A stretch of 63,335 nucleotides of DNA, counting the filler, from Chiloscyllium plagiosum (taxonomy: Eukaryota): NCBI RefSeq assembly GCF_004010195.1. It is 4 parts of 2 records of this genome, joined end to end, with 100 filler letters (N's around TTAATTAATTAA, not from the genome) between each part and the next. Parts side by side here need not be neighbours in the genome. Positions count along the whole stretch, not along the records: positions 40,492 to 61,647 come from NC_057711.1; positions 61,748 to 63,335 come from NC_057712.1; 2 more parts are not named here. The stretch is one strand, 5' to 3'. This document shows positions 49,901-62,719 of the stretch, piece after piece. Each line of letters opens with the position of its first letter. Within the stretch, counting starts at the first letter, position 1. The notes below the pieces were generated by a model. It saw only the letters and a program-made list of their open reading frames with translations. It was not told the origin of the DNA and ran no database searches. A program made the position numbers and the translations under genes.

Positions 49901-50195
49901 ACGTCATACTTTCAAGGTGAGACGTGGAAAGTTTAAGGGGGATACATGGCAATTACTTCACACAGAGGGTGGTGGGTGAATTGGAACGCGTTGCCAGCAG
50001 AGGTGGTAGAGGCAGTCACAGTAGGTTCATTTAAGATGCGTCTGGACAGATGCATGAGTAGGTGGGGAGCAGAGGGATACAGATGCTTAGGAATTGGGTG
50101 ACAGGTTTAGACAGTAGATTTGGATCGACTCAGGTTTGGAGGGCCGAAGGGCCTGTTCCTGGGCTATAATTTTTTTTTGTTCTTCTTTGTTCTAT
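46985..50195 (+). mobile_element. Near full-length CR1 LINE: ORF1 SGNH-esterase C-terminus + complete decayed ORF2 (APE + RT) + 3' UTR
   Basis: WDRFWGRWDYYKMDGLHLN (esterase DxxH motif); LKCIYFNARSI, YSRPPN, GNFNFPNIDW, SDLN; DKSTGPDG, DFSKAFDK, VPQGSVL, HLEYCVQFWSP; ttgttcttctttgttc tail. Confidence 0.95.
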
Positions 50196-50314
50196 ATTAA
50201 ATTTAATTTATAGGGAATCACACTATGAGCATGGACCTCCAAACCCCACAATCACCATTTCAGTGTACTCCTATTTATAGGTCCACAAGCAAATCCCCAA
50301 ATAATACATACCAT

Positions 50315-50604
50315 GGGTGGCACGGTGGCTCAGTGGTTAGCACTGCTGCCTCACAGACCAGGGTCCCAGGTTCAATTCCAGCCTTGTCTGTGTGGAGTTT
50401 GCACATTCTCCCCGTGTTTGGGTGGGTTTCCTCCCGCAGTCACAAAGCTGTGCAGGTCAGGTGAATTGGCCATCTAAATTGCCAATAGTGCTAGGTGCAT
50501 TAGTCAAAGGGAAATGGGTCTGGGTGGGTTACTCTTCAGAGGATCGGTGTGGACTGGTTGGGCTGAAGGGCCTGTTTCCACACTGTAGGGAATCTAATCT
50601 AATC
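50315..50604 (+). mobile_element. HE1-type SINE
   Basis: A box tggctcagtggttagc, B box ggttcaattcc, aatctaatctaatc tail. Confidence 0.92.
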
Positions 50605-51269
50605 ATGCCATCTGGGTACAACTAAACATTGGATTGATATATTAACCTAAGGGATCAAATGAAGAATACTACTGAGCACGTAGGCCACTGAAAGCTTCAT
50701 GGAAAATAGAGACAAAAGCTAGATAATTGAGAATTTTGAAAGTGCATTTGTAAGAGAAATATGAGTAAAACTTTCTCCAGGTGAAGAAACAAAAGGAATT
50801 GTTAGATTGGTGGGAAGTAGAGAAATGTGGTTGACAGTGACACAATGAAATGATTAGAGATGTGATACACCAAGGATGGAGTGAGATCACGTTTCAAGTT
50901 CAAGGGGATGATCATGAATATGCGAGTAAGGTCTGCACTGAATTCATATGAGAAACTGCATGATAAATTGAAGTTAAAAGGGAAAGCATTGATGATATCT
51001 CAGAGACAAAATATGTGAAATGCCTATGTGGGAGATTGAAAGCAAAAATTTGGATGAAGGGTTGCAAGAAAATGAGATGCTCAGAGAATGAGGAAATGCC
51101 ACAAGTGTCATGGTCAGAGCTCAGCTACAGAATACAGGAACCCATCTAAAAGCCAAAGAAGACAAGCTGCCAAATCTTTAATCCTTTAAGTTCCTTACAT
51201 TCCTCCACTTCTGATAACTTACACACTTGCAAATTTCACTTCTCCAACACTGCACTGTGAATGTATCTC

Positions 51270-51450
51270 CAGAAATGCCTTCCTAAAATGCTCCACCAGT
51301 CTACCACTATCTCAACTCCTTCAAGGCACTGTTAAGACCAAACTGTTTGACCATGTTTTTGGTCACTGACCCAAATTAATTACTCAAATTATCTTTGATA
51401 ATGCTCCTTTAAAGCACCTTGGAATGCTTTACCACGTTAAAGACATGTGT
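51270..51450 (+). mobile_element. L2-like LINE 3' end remnant
   Basis: ccttcaaggcactgttaagaccaaactgttt (FKxLLKTxLF) and aagcaccttggaatgctttaccacgttaaag tail. Confidence 0.5.
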
Positions 51451-52055
51451 CAACTTTTGACCTAAAAGCAAATAGAATGAATTCCTTTAAAATTTCTTCT
51501 AAATGGCTTAGAATTTATAATTGGCTTTAAGGCTTTTAAAAAGAGCTTTCAAAAGGCCTTAATTGTTGAGGGATAAAGTAAAATGTCCTTTTATAATCAG
51601 TAATAATGGTCCTTGAGACCTTGGTAACCCTTGACCAGGAAGCAAGTTAAGATATGGAAACAGAAAAGTTGGCAGTCATAATGGAGAGCTGTGAGATTGG
51701 GCAGCGAGTGGCAAAAGGTGATCAGCAACAGGTACAGACACAAAGCGAAAGAATACCGAGACTGTAGGAAAAATGCTAAGCTAGGAAGGTCACACAGGAA
51801 GAACTCTCTTTCCATGGAAAGCACTGCCTATGGAGAATGTACTAATTCCTGAAAGGAAAGGGAGTGGAATTTGGCTTAAACAATCTCTCTAGCTGAAACA
51901 TGGACCTACAATTGGAGTGAACTGTCTGCTAGCTCAGTGAGATAGCAGATACAACAGACTATCACATGTGTATTTTGTACTTCATATTGACCTTGATATC
52001 CCTGTTAATTTATACTTATTGATTCTTATTCACCTTCAAATAAAAAGTTATAAAA

Positions 52056-52400
52056 GGGGCAGCACAGTGGTTTGCACTGCTGCCTCACAGTGCCAAGGAC
52101 CTGGGTTTGATTCCAGCCTGGGGTGACTGTATGTATGGAGATTCCACATTCTCCCCGTGTCTTCGAGGGTTTCCGCCAGGTGCTCTGGTTTCGTCCCACA
52201 GCCCAAAGATGTGCAGGCTAGGTGGATTTGCCGTGCTAAATAACCCTGTAGTGTCCAGGGATGTGTAGGCTAGAGGGACTAGCCATGGTTAATGCGGGGT
52301 TACATGGATAGGATGGGGGAGTGGGTCTGAGTGGGATTCTCTTCCAAGGGTTGGTGCAGACCTGATGGGTTGAATGACCTCTATCTGCACTGTAGGGATT
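52056..52400 (+). mobile_element. HE1-related SINE variant
   Basis: gcactgctgcctcacag head, gggtttgattcc B box, conserved body. Confidence 0.85.
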
Positions 52401-53179
52401 GTATGAAAAGTGAAATCTTGCGATAATACTTTCATTCAGTAGGGTCATTTATTACATTTTGTTATTTGGTTTTGTAATCTCCCCTGGGATTGTAATGAAG
52501 CCATATAAATACAAATTATTGGTGCTACAGAGGTAGGCAGGGGTGAGGTCATATCAAGATTTTCATTGACAGCAATGAAAATATTAAAGCTGAGATACTG
52601 CCTGTATAATATCTTTTGCAGTGTTGAGAAGGACTAAGTATTTGTTCTTCCTGCAAAGTAGTAGCATCCACCTGAATGTCTGAAGCCTGTAATTTTGAAG
52701 ATTTGTGTTCACACACAATGCAGGCTGAGAGAAAGCTGCAATTTTTGATTTAGTTTGAAGGATCAATTAAATTTCAATCATCAAAGGCTTGTGCAGATGG
52801 TTCATTTACTGTATGGAACAGGTCTGCAAAAGTACAATGGGGCATTTACTTCCCACTAACACAGCCAATAGAAAAAAATTCACTTTGAGGTCCACTTTCT
52901 TTGATGTCGGTGACTATTAGTAAACAATTCCTCTCTGATAAAAATCTGTTATGTCTTTGAAAAGCACAAGGTCAATACAACTTCTCATACATCACTTGGT
53001 TTGTTATTTTCACCAGGGAGATTGTAGTAAGTTCAACATTGTGATCTTCAGTCATTGCTTTACTCCAGATATCCATTATTTTGGAACAAGGAAGCTTTTG
53101 GAGTTCTCAATGCACACAGGGTCAATAACATGAGTCAAAAGTGGCTCTGATTTTGGACACTGCTATCTGAATTATCTTC

Positions 53180-53400
53180 AACATTTCTCTGAACTCAGAA
53201 ACAATATGACCAGATAATTGCTTTTTCACTTGATGTGTGCTAAGTGATTAATATTAGCTAGGACACTCAGGAGAATTTTTCTTCCTTTGCATCCTTTGCA
53301 TCCATCTGAAAGAACAAATACGTTTGGAAGTCAGCACCCTCTTCAGTGCTGTATTGTTGTGTCAGCCTCTATTATGTCCTGAACCCTCTACAGCGGAATT
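53180..53400 (-). mobile_element. Degenerate Deu-domain-like SINE fragment
   Basis: ggacactcaggagaa..., gtgtcagcct..attatgtcctgaa pattern recognised by eye only. Confidence 0.35.
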
Positions 53401-53404
53401 TCAT

Positions 53405-53746
53405 AGACGTCATAGAAGCAAGCCATTCGGCACATCAAGTCCACACCAACCCACCAAAGTGCATCGAACTTAGAGTGACCCAGCGGTCACTCTACATTTC
53501 CCATGGTTAATCCATCTAGCCTGCACATCCCTGGACACTATGGGCAATTTAGCATAGGCAATCCACCTAACGTGCACATATTTGTGACTGTGGGAGGAAA
53601 CCGGGCCTCTCAGTGAGAACCCACGCAGACTCAGAGAGAATGTGCAGACTTCACACAGACAGTCGTCCAAGGGTAGAATCAAACCCAGGTTCCCTGGTGT
53701 TCAGAGGTTGGTGAGGCAACAGTGCTAACCACTGAACCAACGTGCC
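53405..53746 (-). mobile_element. HE1-related SINE variant
   Basis: gggcaatttagcat, tgtgggaggaaacc, agtgctaaccactga. Confidence 0.85.
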
Positions 53747-56519
53747 AATTTTGAATTTGAATATTTAAAATTCATGATTTGAAAGCAAGGTTGCATTGAA
53801 GTAAAATATGCTCTGACCAGGGATTTACAAGAATGGCTGCATGTTTTGAAAACAAAGAATTTGTGAACTCTGAATATGTAACTGTGGTTCCAGCAAGATG
53901 TGGACAAACTTGAGCCAAGAAGTTGTCTTTCAAGTGAAGCTCAGTGATTTGTGGACGATTATCAATGACAAAGGTCATTTGCCGGTCAACAAGAAGGTTA
54001 TCAGTTAGCTGAACAGCTTGGGCTGTGAGCAAATCAGAGAGAGGACAGTCAATCCTGAAAAAGAAAAACAGCATTTTCTTTTTTGCAGTAAAAAAACTCT
54101 GCCTCCCAGTTTTCTGCAGTTAGCCACTTTACACCTAAAGAAACCCTTCAACAGATGCTGCAAGTTGTGACTTTGAATTAAATAAATCAAAGATACTTCA
54201 TAAGTGAACCAGCCATCCTGTACCTCTTGCAAATCAGTGGAAGGATTTGGAAAAAGGAAAGTTGGTGATAATCCTTCAGATCAGCAAGAACTAACCCAAC
54301 ACATTTTGAGGACTATGGAACAGTTTTCACAAATTTGCCACTGCCCATATGTTTTTTCATTTTCTGTTTATGATAGATTTATCTGTGTAAGTAGAATTTT
54401 ATAAGGGGTTTAGAGTTTCATTTTGTAGTTTATTTAATATAGTTATTTTTTTACCTGTAGCTAGGATCTAATGACCTATAAATAAATAGTAATTCATTTT
54501 AAAGCACAGAAATTTGGTCTGTGCTTTCAATCAACTTGGGGTCTGACAGTCAGGGATTTTGTTGATACCTGCATCCCTGCTCTTCCTGGCTCACTTGAAG
54601 TTTAAAACAAGGAAAGTTGCTTCGTCATCAGGCAGCAGACAATGTGGAACTTCTGCTCTTGTCATGTAAAAGTACGAGACATCAAAATGACATTAGGCCA
54701 TGGCTTGTGAATATTAACTTTGCCCCTGCCTGATTAATGTGGGACTCTTATCAATTCACTCATTTGGGATATTGCACATTTAAACAGCTGAGAATAAAGG
54801 TTAGATTGCTCCATTCCAATATTTTACTCTCTTGGGCCCACCGCAGTTACATATTCCAGTGTGTAGCTGATTAAAACAGGACTAACTAACACTCAACCCA
54901 ATAATTTTCTTCAGTAGTGCGACATCCTAATGGAAGTGGCCAAGTAGAGAAAATCAACACTTGTTTTTTCTCTGCCTTGAAGTGTGCATTGCAAATATGA
55001 AATAAGCTGTTGTAACTCTTCCCTGTAATCTACAGAAGAACAGGATTCTGTTGAACAGATACATAGGTTTATTTTTTCTCAGGATACAATTTATTGGATG
55101 TTTTCATTCGTAAAGGATGAACAGTTGCAAATGTTTCTTGTGCTCTCTTCAGGGTTTCAGTTGATAAAACTGCTGTACACATGATGTCAGAGCAGCAAAG
55201 ATGCCAATTTGAAAGAGCTTTTAATAACTCCATATCCAGAAAATAAGTCATCTTTGACTAATACATTTCTCATTGCAGAGGTTTGCACACAGGATAGAAA
55301 TAATGACTGTAGTTCACGTGTGGATTTTGGTGTCTGAAAAATAAAATTCTCGTGTTGTTCTAATATAGCTCTTGTGCCAGGCCTTTGTCCAAGTCTCTTG
55401 TCTTTACCAATACAATTAGCTCCTGTTGCCTTCCTTGGCAGTCTGCTCCATTACTTTATTATTCTCACTTTCAATGCTTAAAACCAGGGGCAGAAGGGGC
55501 AGAGATAACTCCCTCCATGGCCAGCTGCTTGTTTATAGCCTGCCTGGCCAGGCTCAGGAGCAGAGCTAGGAGGTGGTCTTCTGATCTGCCCACACCCCTC
55601 TGCACCGGATGACCAATGATCAGGAGGGTGGGGCTGAAGTGCAACTAAAAGATTTTTCAAATAACTAAAGATGGGGGTGCAATCACCCATAATCAATGTG
55701 TACATGGCCCACGGACTCCACAGCATTGCAACGTAAACAGTTGGACTGACAATTGTGAAATGCTGTAATCTGTGGATGGAAGGGATGACTGCATGCAACA
55801 CCTGTCATCCCAGGTCCCCGATGGAAAGAGGGAGGGCAGGGGATTCCCGCTGTTGGCTAAGTAAGGCACGCCAAGTCTCCAGGTGGTGGGTGAAGGAGTC
55901 AAATGTGGATTGTGTGCAACAGCAGACAATACGAAAGAAACTTCCACTCCAGGCAGAAAGATAAATATGGTATTCTCACGAGGCCGATTGTGAGGCACAG
56001 GCTCCTAAGGGATGTGCAGGAACCTGAGGCCGATGTGAAATTCCATCTGAGCGGGGGGTTCTGTTCGAGCAGGGGTTACCACCTGAGCATCCTCTGACTG
56101 ATGCGAGATGCCAATTCAGGCCACCACTGTTTTCAGATGACTGATGGCATCGCCCCAAGCTGTTTACCCACTCCTGCGGTATACGGGCATACGGCACCCA
56201 GTACGTCCCTGACTTTGGTCACCCCTGCAGCCATGGCTCTCCATTTGAAACTGTGATGGTGGAAGTGCAGCTTCTTCTCTATCAATAGTGTTGCAACACA
56301 GTGGTGGACCCTTCTGTTAATTGAACCATACACACAGAAAAGCTCACCTCACCTCGTAATCTGTTAAAGTATGAGTGACAGAGAACTCCCAAATTCCACT
56401 ACTTAAAGAAAATAATCAATTTTATTCTTTAACTCTAAAAGTGAACGTTAAACAACAACTATTTACAACTCTAAGCCTCCTTTTACTTAAAGGCCTGTAA
56501 TATACCTCCACCTAGCGTA

Positions 56520-56815
56520 GGGCAGCATGGTGGCTCAGTAGTTAGCATTGCTGCCTCACAGCCCCAGGGGCCTGGGTTCAATTCCAGCCTTGGGTGACTG
56601 TGTGGAGTTTGCACCTTCTCCTTATGTTTGCTCTGGGTGCTCAGGTTTCCTCCCACAGTCCAAAGATGTGCAGGTTGGGTCAATTGGCCATGTTAAATTG
56701 CCCATAGTGTTAGTTGCATTAGTCAGACGGAAATGGTTCTGGATGGGTGACTCTTCAGAGGGTCAGTGTGGACTTGTTAGGCCAAATGGCATGTTTCCAT
56801 TCTGTAGGCAATCTA
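56520..56815 (+). mobile_element. HE1-type SINE
   Basis: tggctcagtagttagc, ggttcaattcc, conserved body. Confidence 0.9.
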
Positions 56816-58400
56816 AGCTCTATAACAATATACTGATCCAATAAAAGCTCCTACTAAAATTACATCAATGTAATTTTCAAAACCAAACAACTGTTGTCAT
56901 CATTAGCATCTGTCTTCTTTCAGCTGCAGATTCCGTGGGTCATCTTCAGTCTTTTGCTACAAGGATGTTTCATATGAAAAATATATCTTTGATAGACAGG
57001 GTTTTGGATGGCAGTCTGTCTTTCTCTCTCTAGATGGCAGGTTGCCACTCCCTCTATGGTTATCTCTCAAATGCCAGCTTATTTATAACCCAAACATTGG
57101 ATCCTCTCATTGGCTCAACGTTGTCAAAACAGTAAAATTTAAATTCAATTGGTTTTTGTATCATGGCACATAATTTAAATTGATTGGTTAAATTTAAATG
57201 CTGGTCAAAACAACCGAGGTATCTAGTTTACAGCCAAATGTTACATATTTTCAATTTGCCAGTACACTCTGAGACTGCTAATCAGTCACATGACAGTTGC
57301 CCGCAAACTCTTACTGCCAAAACAGCCTTCACTCTTTTTTAAAAGTACAGTACATGCCTTCAACTTCACAACACATCCCTTTAAGAAAAAAGTCAATCAT
57401 CATAATGAAAAGATATATAACATTGGTATCTGTTCAATCTTATCCATAATGTATCTGTTAAATCTGCAATAACATACCTGCTATCACATTCTTATTATCC
57501 GCAAAATGTATAGCGCTTTTCCTGGAAGACCCTACGTGAGTCGATCATATCCCAGATATTGATCAGGTCCTGGTGAAAGATCATGAGTGAGACCAGAAGA
57601 TCCTCGCAGTCCATGAACAGGAGCTGCATGTTATAACTGAGGTTGCCCAACTGGCAAAGAAATACATGAAGAAAAATCATAACTGGCCTCAACATCAGTG
57701 GCCAGGATGCACCATGTGGGAGGGGGCTCACATACTGGGTGAAAGTACAAAGTTGCCAATTGTGTGTGGAGGCCCCATCAGTGAATGCCCTCCTCAAAGG
57801 TGAGGCGAAGAACATCTGCAGCAACCAAGTGTACCTTCTTACCCCAGAAGAAATGAACCAGCATCTTCGGGGGTTTTATGACAGACATAGGGGGAAGGGT
57901 CAAAGAGTACCACAGCATGGAAGCCATCAGCTGGTATATGACCACCACTGGGCTCTTGTATGTTAGCGTTTGGAGCAGTCCTGTCCAGCAGCGGCGATGA
58001 TCATACTTTGCCAAGATGTTCATGCAAACCTCTGTGAGCAGCTTCTCTGGATGGATCCACAGAGAACAGAGCCGTGTAGGTGGCTTTAACACTCTCCGGA
58101 TCTGAGTTAAAGGAGCAGCTGATGGGTCCCACACCTTTTTTTCAGTGAGTAGAAGAAGAGGAGCCATGGCCCTGATTCTCAGGGAACCAAATCCTCAATC
58201 ACACATAAACTTCCTGGGATCAGATGAGCTGGAGATCTCAAAAGGTTCCTTTCCTCCCTTCATACACCAAACCCCCAGGGCTGGATCAATATCAGCCTGA
58301 CCACGATGTAACTTCAGGCCCAGGCCCTCCCTCTCCAACCCCTCGATTCTGGATGTGGGCTACTTTGTTAACCCCTTCACATACGGCTAATGGAAAACAT

Positions 58401-58540
58401 GGAACCAGAATCACCGGGCTGAGGTGTCAAAGGACAGGAACTGGAATCGGGATCACCAGGCTGAGGTGTTAAAGGACAGGAACTGGAATCGGGATCACCA
58501 GGCTGAGGTGTTAAAGGGTAGGAACACGAATTAGGATCAC
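58401..58540. repeat. 42-bp minisatellite, ~3.3 copies
   Basis: Unit ggatcaccaggctgaggtgttaaaggacaggaactggaatcg; minus strand reads (SSSCPLTPQPGDPD)n. Confidence 0.9.
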
Positions 58541-59892
58541 TGCGCCAGAGCAACACTTGCACAGATACAGAAGCATTTTAACTCCGAGGGGACCTGAACT
58601 GGGAATTAGAACTCGGGATTACGCAACCTGGTCCGGACTACTTGGAATGCCTTCTGAGGTCCCCCTTGGGTGCCTCACCCTGTTCCCTGCTTTATATGCT
58701 TTTGAAAAGCAATATGGCAAGTTTCTCACTAAACATTAACAAGATACCAATTGAGGGAGGTTATTGCTTGAAAAATGCCTTGTTAACAGCCCAACTCACC
58801 CCATTAGTTTTCAGCTTCCTATCTCCCAGTCCAATATAACCCTTTACTAAGTATCCAAAAATAAACACCAAGTGGCTGGAATGGCAGCATTGCTTCTGGG
58901 ACTTCCACTCAGCACATTAAAGGGGTAAAGTGACTCCCCTTGAAATTGGACAAAAGCTGGAGTTTTTAGATGTCCTTTTAGTGTGGAGCTGTGATAATAC
59001 AACTCATGGACATGAAATTTTGGAATCGTTAGTAGTTTTGAAGGATTTAACAAATAAATACTGCCTGCTGAACTTTGTTATTCTGACTCCATCCATACCT
59101 TCCAAACAGATGGTGATGAGCAGAAGACATTCAACTAAGAAGGTGATATGCAGACATTGACTGATTTGAAACAACAGGAGATTATTGGCACATCTAAATG
59201 AGGTAAGAATCTCCATGCCATTGTATTCAAACTTGGTTCAATAAAGGAGGAGGAGAAAATTATCTACAAGGTAGCTATGTCTGAGAGGTCATACACAGAG
59301 ATTTTCCTTTCTGAAGAATAAGCTTTAAGCCAGAGCCATCTTATGTTTCATGGCATACCACAAATTCCTTGTAAATATATCTCATGCCTCATATCTCTGG
59401 GAACATTGTGAAATGACTGAAATGCTTTGGTCAACGTTTTATATCATAAATCTCATAGAGATTCAAGCAAGGTCACATGGATGATTAAACTTTAAGTTTC
59501 AAAGTTGCTGTTGCAGATGCATCACTCTCCACTGTAAACTGCAGGAAAAAAATCCATAATTCCCTTGTCTGTTTCATTGGAATGCATTATATAATTGTGT
59601 GAAGTTGTTTCAATGGAAGATACATAGTAACCTCCACAGAACATGACATCTTACCCATTTCAGCATGGGTACATCTTTAACTAGTCTTTCAATTCTTAAT
59701 TACTGTCTTTGGCTATGAAGATTAACTACTGCAAGAGTAAAACCTCATTCCTCATGTTTTTAATTGTTTGTGGAGTTTAGAAACAAAGCATTTGTACAAC
59801 TGTCCTCATTTAACATTCTTAATGTCTTCTTTAAAGAGCGTGACAAACAGAAAGCACTTCCACATAAGAAAGGATTTGATGAAAAACCAGAA

Positions 59893-60130
59893 GAACAGCA
59901 GTTGCTGGAAATCAGAATCAAAAATGAAAAATAAAACAGAACCGCTGGAAAAGCTCAGCAGGTCTGTCAGCATCTATGGAGAGAAATCAGAGTTAACATT
60001 TTGGGTCCAGTGACCCTCTTCAGAACCAGTCTGAGGAAGGGTTACTGGACCCAAAACATTGACACTGATTTCTCTCCACAAATGCTGCCAGATCTGCTGA
60101 ATCTTTCCAAAAATGTTAGTTTTGTTTTTT
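59893..60130. mobile_element. Fold-back HHR mini-element, third family (older)
   Basis: Arms ~59931-60024 / 60030-60129; minus ctgaaga-gggtc-actg-gaccc-aaaatgttaac and plus ctgagga-agggtt-actg-gaccc-aaaacattgac. Confidence 0.8.
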
Positions 60131-61647
60131 AAAACATTTAACAAAGTTGGGCTACTTTCCAAAACATCTTCTTCCTAACTCATACTGTTTTAGCCTACCC
60201 ACAGCTCATAGTTCTTGCTCCAACTTGTCACCTCACATCCTTCCCTCCCTGACCCTCCCACTCACTGGCCCTGTTGCTTCCCTGGTCTTTCCACTCACTG
60301 ACCACTCTACCGATCACCTGTCTTTGCGGCTGCCTCTCGCTCTTCACATTTTGTCTCCATGAAGCGTCACTATGAGTTGGAGATCAGGCTGAGTGGAAAT
60401 GAGTGGAGCTGCAGGAAGGATAAGGCAGGACATTGGTGTGTCAAAGGGTTGGTGAAGGGAAACAATTTGTTTGTCAAAAAAGGCTCCATCAGCTCACAAA
60501 TGCAAAAATGTTGGCAGCATGGTTAAGCAACTCTAAATTCACTAACCATGCTAAAATGAAAACTTTTTTTGTTTCTTTAAATGGGCATTATAGATCATTT
60601 TAATCAACCTGTTCATATAGAACATAGAACATAGAACAATACAGCACAGAACAGGCCCTTCGGCCTACGATGTTGTGCCGAACATTTATCCTAGCTTAAG
60701 CACCCATCCATGTACCTATCCAATTGCCGCTTAAAGGTCACCAATGATTCTGACTCTGCCACTCCCACAGGCAGCACATTCCATGCCCCCACCACTCTCT
60801 GGGTAAAGAACCTACCACTGACATCCCCCCTATACCTTCCACCCTTCACCTTAAACTTATGTCCCCTTGTAACACTCTGTTGTACCTGGGGAAAAAGATT
60901 CTGACTGTCTACTCTATCTATTCCTCTGATCATCTTATAGACCTCTATCAAGTCACTCCTCATCCTTCGCCGTTCCATTGAGAAAAGGCCTAGCACTCTC
61001 AACCTATCCTCGTACGACCTATTCTCCATTCCAGGCAACATCCTGGTAAATCTTCTCTGCACCCTCTCCAAAGCTTCCACATCTTTCCTGAAGTGAGGCG
61101 ACCAGAACTGCACACAGTACTCCAAATGTGGCCTAACCAAGGTCCCGTACAGCTGCAACATCACTTCATGACTTTTGAATTCAATCCCTCTGCTAATGAA
61201 CGCGAATACACCATCGGCCTTCTTACAAGCTCTAATCCACCTGAGTAGCAACTTTCAAAGATCTATGAACATAGACCCCAAGATCCCTCTGCTCCTCCAC
61301 CTTACTAAGAACCCTACCGTTAACCCTGTATTCCGCATTCTTATTTGTCCTTCCAAAATGGACAACCTCACACTTGACAGGGTTGAACTCCATCTGCCAC
61401 TCCTCAGCCCAGCTCTGCACCATATCTAAGTCCCTTTGCAGCAGACAACAGCCTCCTCACTATCCACAACTCCACCAATCTTCATATCATCTGCAAATTT
61501 ACTGACCCACCCCTCAACTCCCTCTTCCAAGTCATTAATAAAAATTACAAACAGCAGAGGACCCAGAACTGATCCCTGCGAAACTCCACTTGTAACTGGG
61601 CTCCAGGCTGAATATTTACCATCTACCACCACTCTCCGACTTCGACC

Positions 61648-61747
61648 NNNNNNNNNNNNNNNNNNNNNNNNNNNNNNNNNNNNNNNNNNNNTTAATTAAT
61701 TAANNNNNNNNNNNNNNNNNNNNNNNNNNNNNNNNNNNNNNNNNNNN
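61648..61747. other. Artificial gap/linker
   Basis: N44-TTAATTAATTAA-N44. Confidence 0.97.
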
Positions 61748-61822
61748 TGCTGCCTGACCTGCGCTTTTCCAGCAACACATTTTCAGCTCTGATCTCCAGC
61801 ATCTGCAGTCCTCACTTTCTCC
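61748..61822 (+). mobile_element. PLE terminal-repeat 3' fragment
   Basis: tgctgcctgacctgcgcttttccagc...gcatctgcagtcctcactttctcc, as at 28270-28344. Confidence 0.85.
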
Positions 61823-62149
61823 TTGTAATCCTGTAGAGCTGAGCTTGACCCTGGCTTCCTCCACCTTACGTAAGCTACCTTTTTCCTTTTGACAAGAAAC
61901 TCCACTGCTCTCGTCATCCAAGGTTCCTTTATCTTACCACTTCTTGCCTGTCTCAGAGGGACATATTTATTCATCACTTGCAACAACTGTTCCTTAAACA
62001 GTCTCCACATGTCTGTAGTGCCTTTACCATGGAACAATTGCTCCCAATCCATGCTTCCTAACTCATGTCTAATCGCATCATAGTTTCCTCTTCCCCAATT
62101 AAATATCCTCCCATTTTGCCTAATCCTCTCCTTCTCCTTCTCCAAAGCG

Positions 62150-62580
62150 GCTTATTTAATAGATGCCCCCAGTTGTCAGCTTCAACACTCACTTGATCCA
62201 CCACAAAGTGCAGTTACAGAAGTGTGCGGCACCAACAAAATGCATTTCAGTAACTCATCAAGGTACCTTTTAACAGCACCTCCAAAGTCTACGGTCTTTA
62301 TCATGCAGAAAGTACAAGGACATCAGATACATAGGAAAACCATCACTTGCAAGTTCTTCTCCAAACCACACAACATCCTGAAGTGGAAATGCTGAGCTGT
62401 TCCTTCACTGTCACTGGACCAATATCCCAGAACTCTCTTACTATCAGCACATTGTGTGCCCCTACCCACATGGACTGCTGCAGTTCAAGTAGGCAGCTCA
62501 CCAGCATCTTTTCAAGGACAATTAGGGATGAACAATAAATGTTGGCCAACGACACTCAAACCCCACATACAAATGAAACT
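62150..62580 (+). mobile_element. 3' fragment of the same LINE family as 42015-46292
   Basis: cacatggactgctgcagttcaagtaggcagctcaccagcatcttttcaaggacaattagggatgaacaataaa matches 46220-46292. Confidence 0.75.
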
Positions 62581-62719
62581 AAATCCCTCAGAAATTAAAC
62601 CTGTGTATGTCAAACCACATCAAATCCCTTTTAGTCATGCTCTCAACCATCAGGAAGACATGGATAAAAAAATCAAAATATTATCTTGAATCAACAAGAT
62701 CCTATAAATATTTGTGATT

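Larger units (their letters stand above)
55480..58560 (-). mobile_element. Older, internally deleted Tx1 copy related to 1170-7090; interrupted at ~56310-57490
   Basis: WTGLLQTLTYKSPVVVIYQLMASMLWY matches WTGLLRVLSYRSRVLVISQLVAAMLWY; LSYNMQLLFMDC..QDLINIW matches LNYDTQLLFVDC..QDLITVW. Confidence 0.8.
60617..62140 (-). mobile_element. CR1 LINE (same tail family as 1-992), spanning a gap
   Basis: (atagaac)n tail; HLEYCVQFWSP, KFADD, GSVLGP; 61823-62140 is the pre-RT region FNWGRGNY..KEPWMT in the same orientation. Confidence 0.92.

Noticed and set aside
53750..54548. Possible solo LTRs (also ~7090-7385, ~32925-33700, ~56310-57370)
   Set aside because: LTR-like composition only; no partner LTR, TSD or internal sequence could be confirmed.
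55069..55251. 60-aa minus-strand ORF (and 52584-52766)
   Set aside because: Short, no recognisable homology, weak splice signals.
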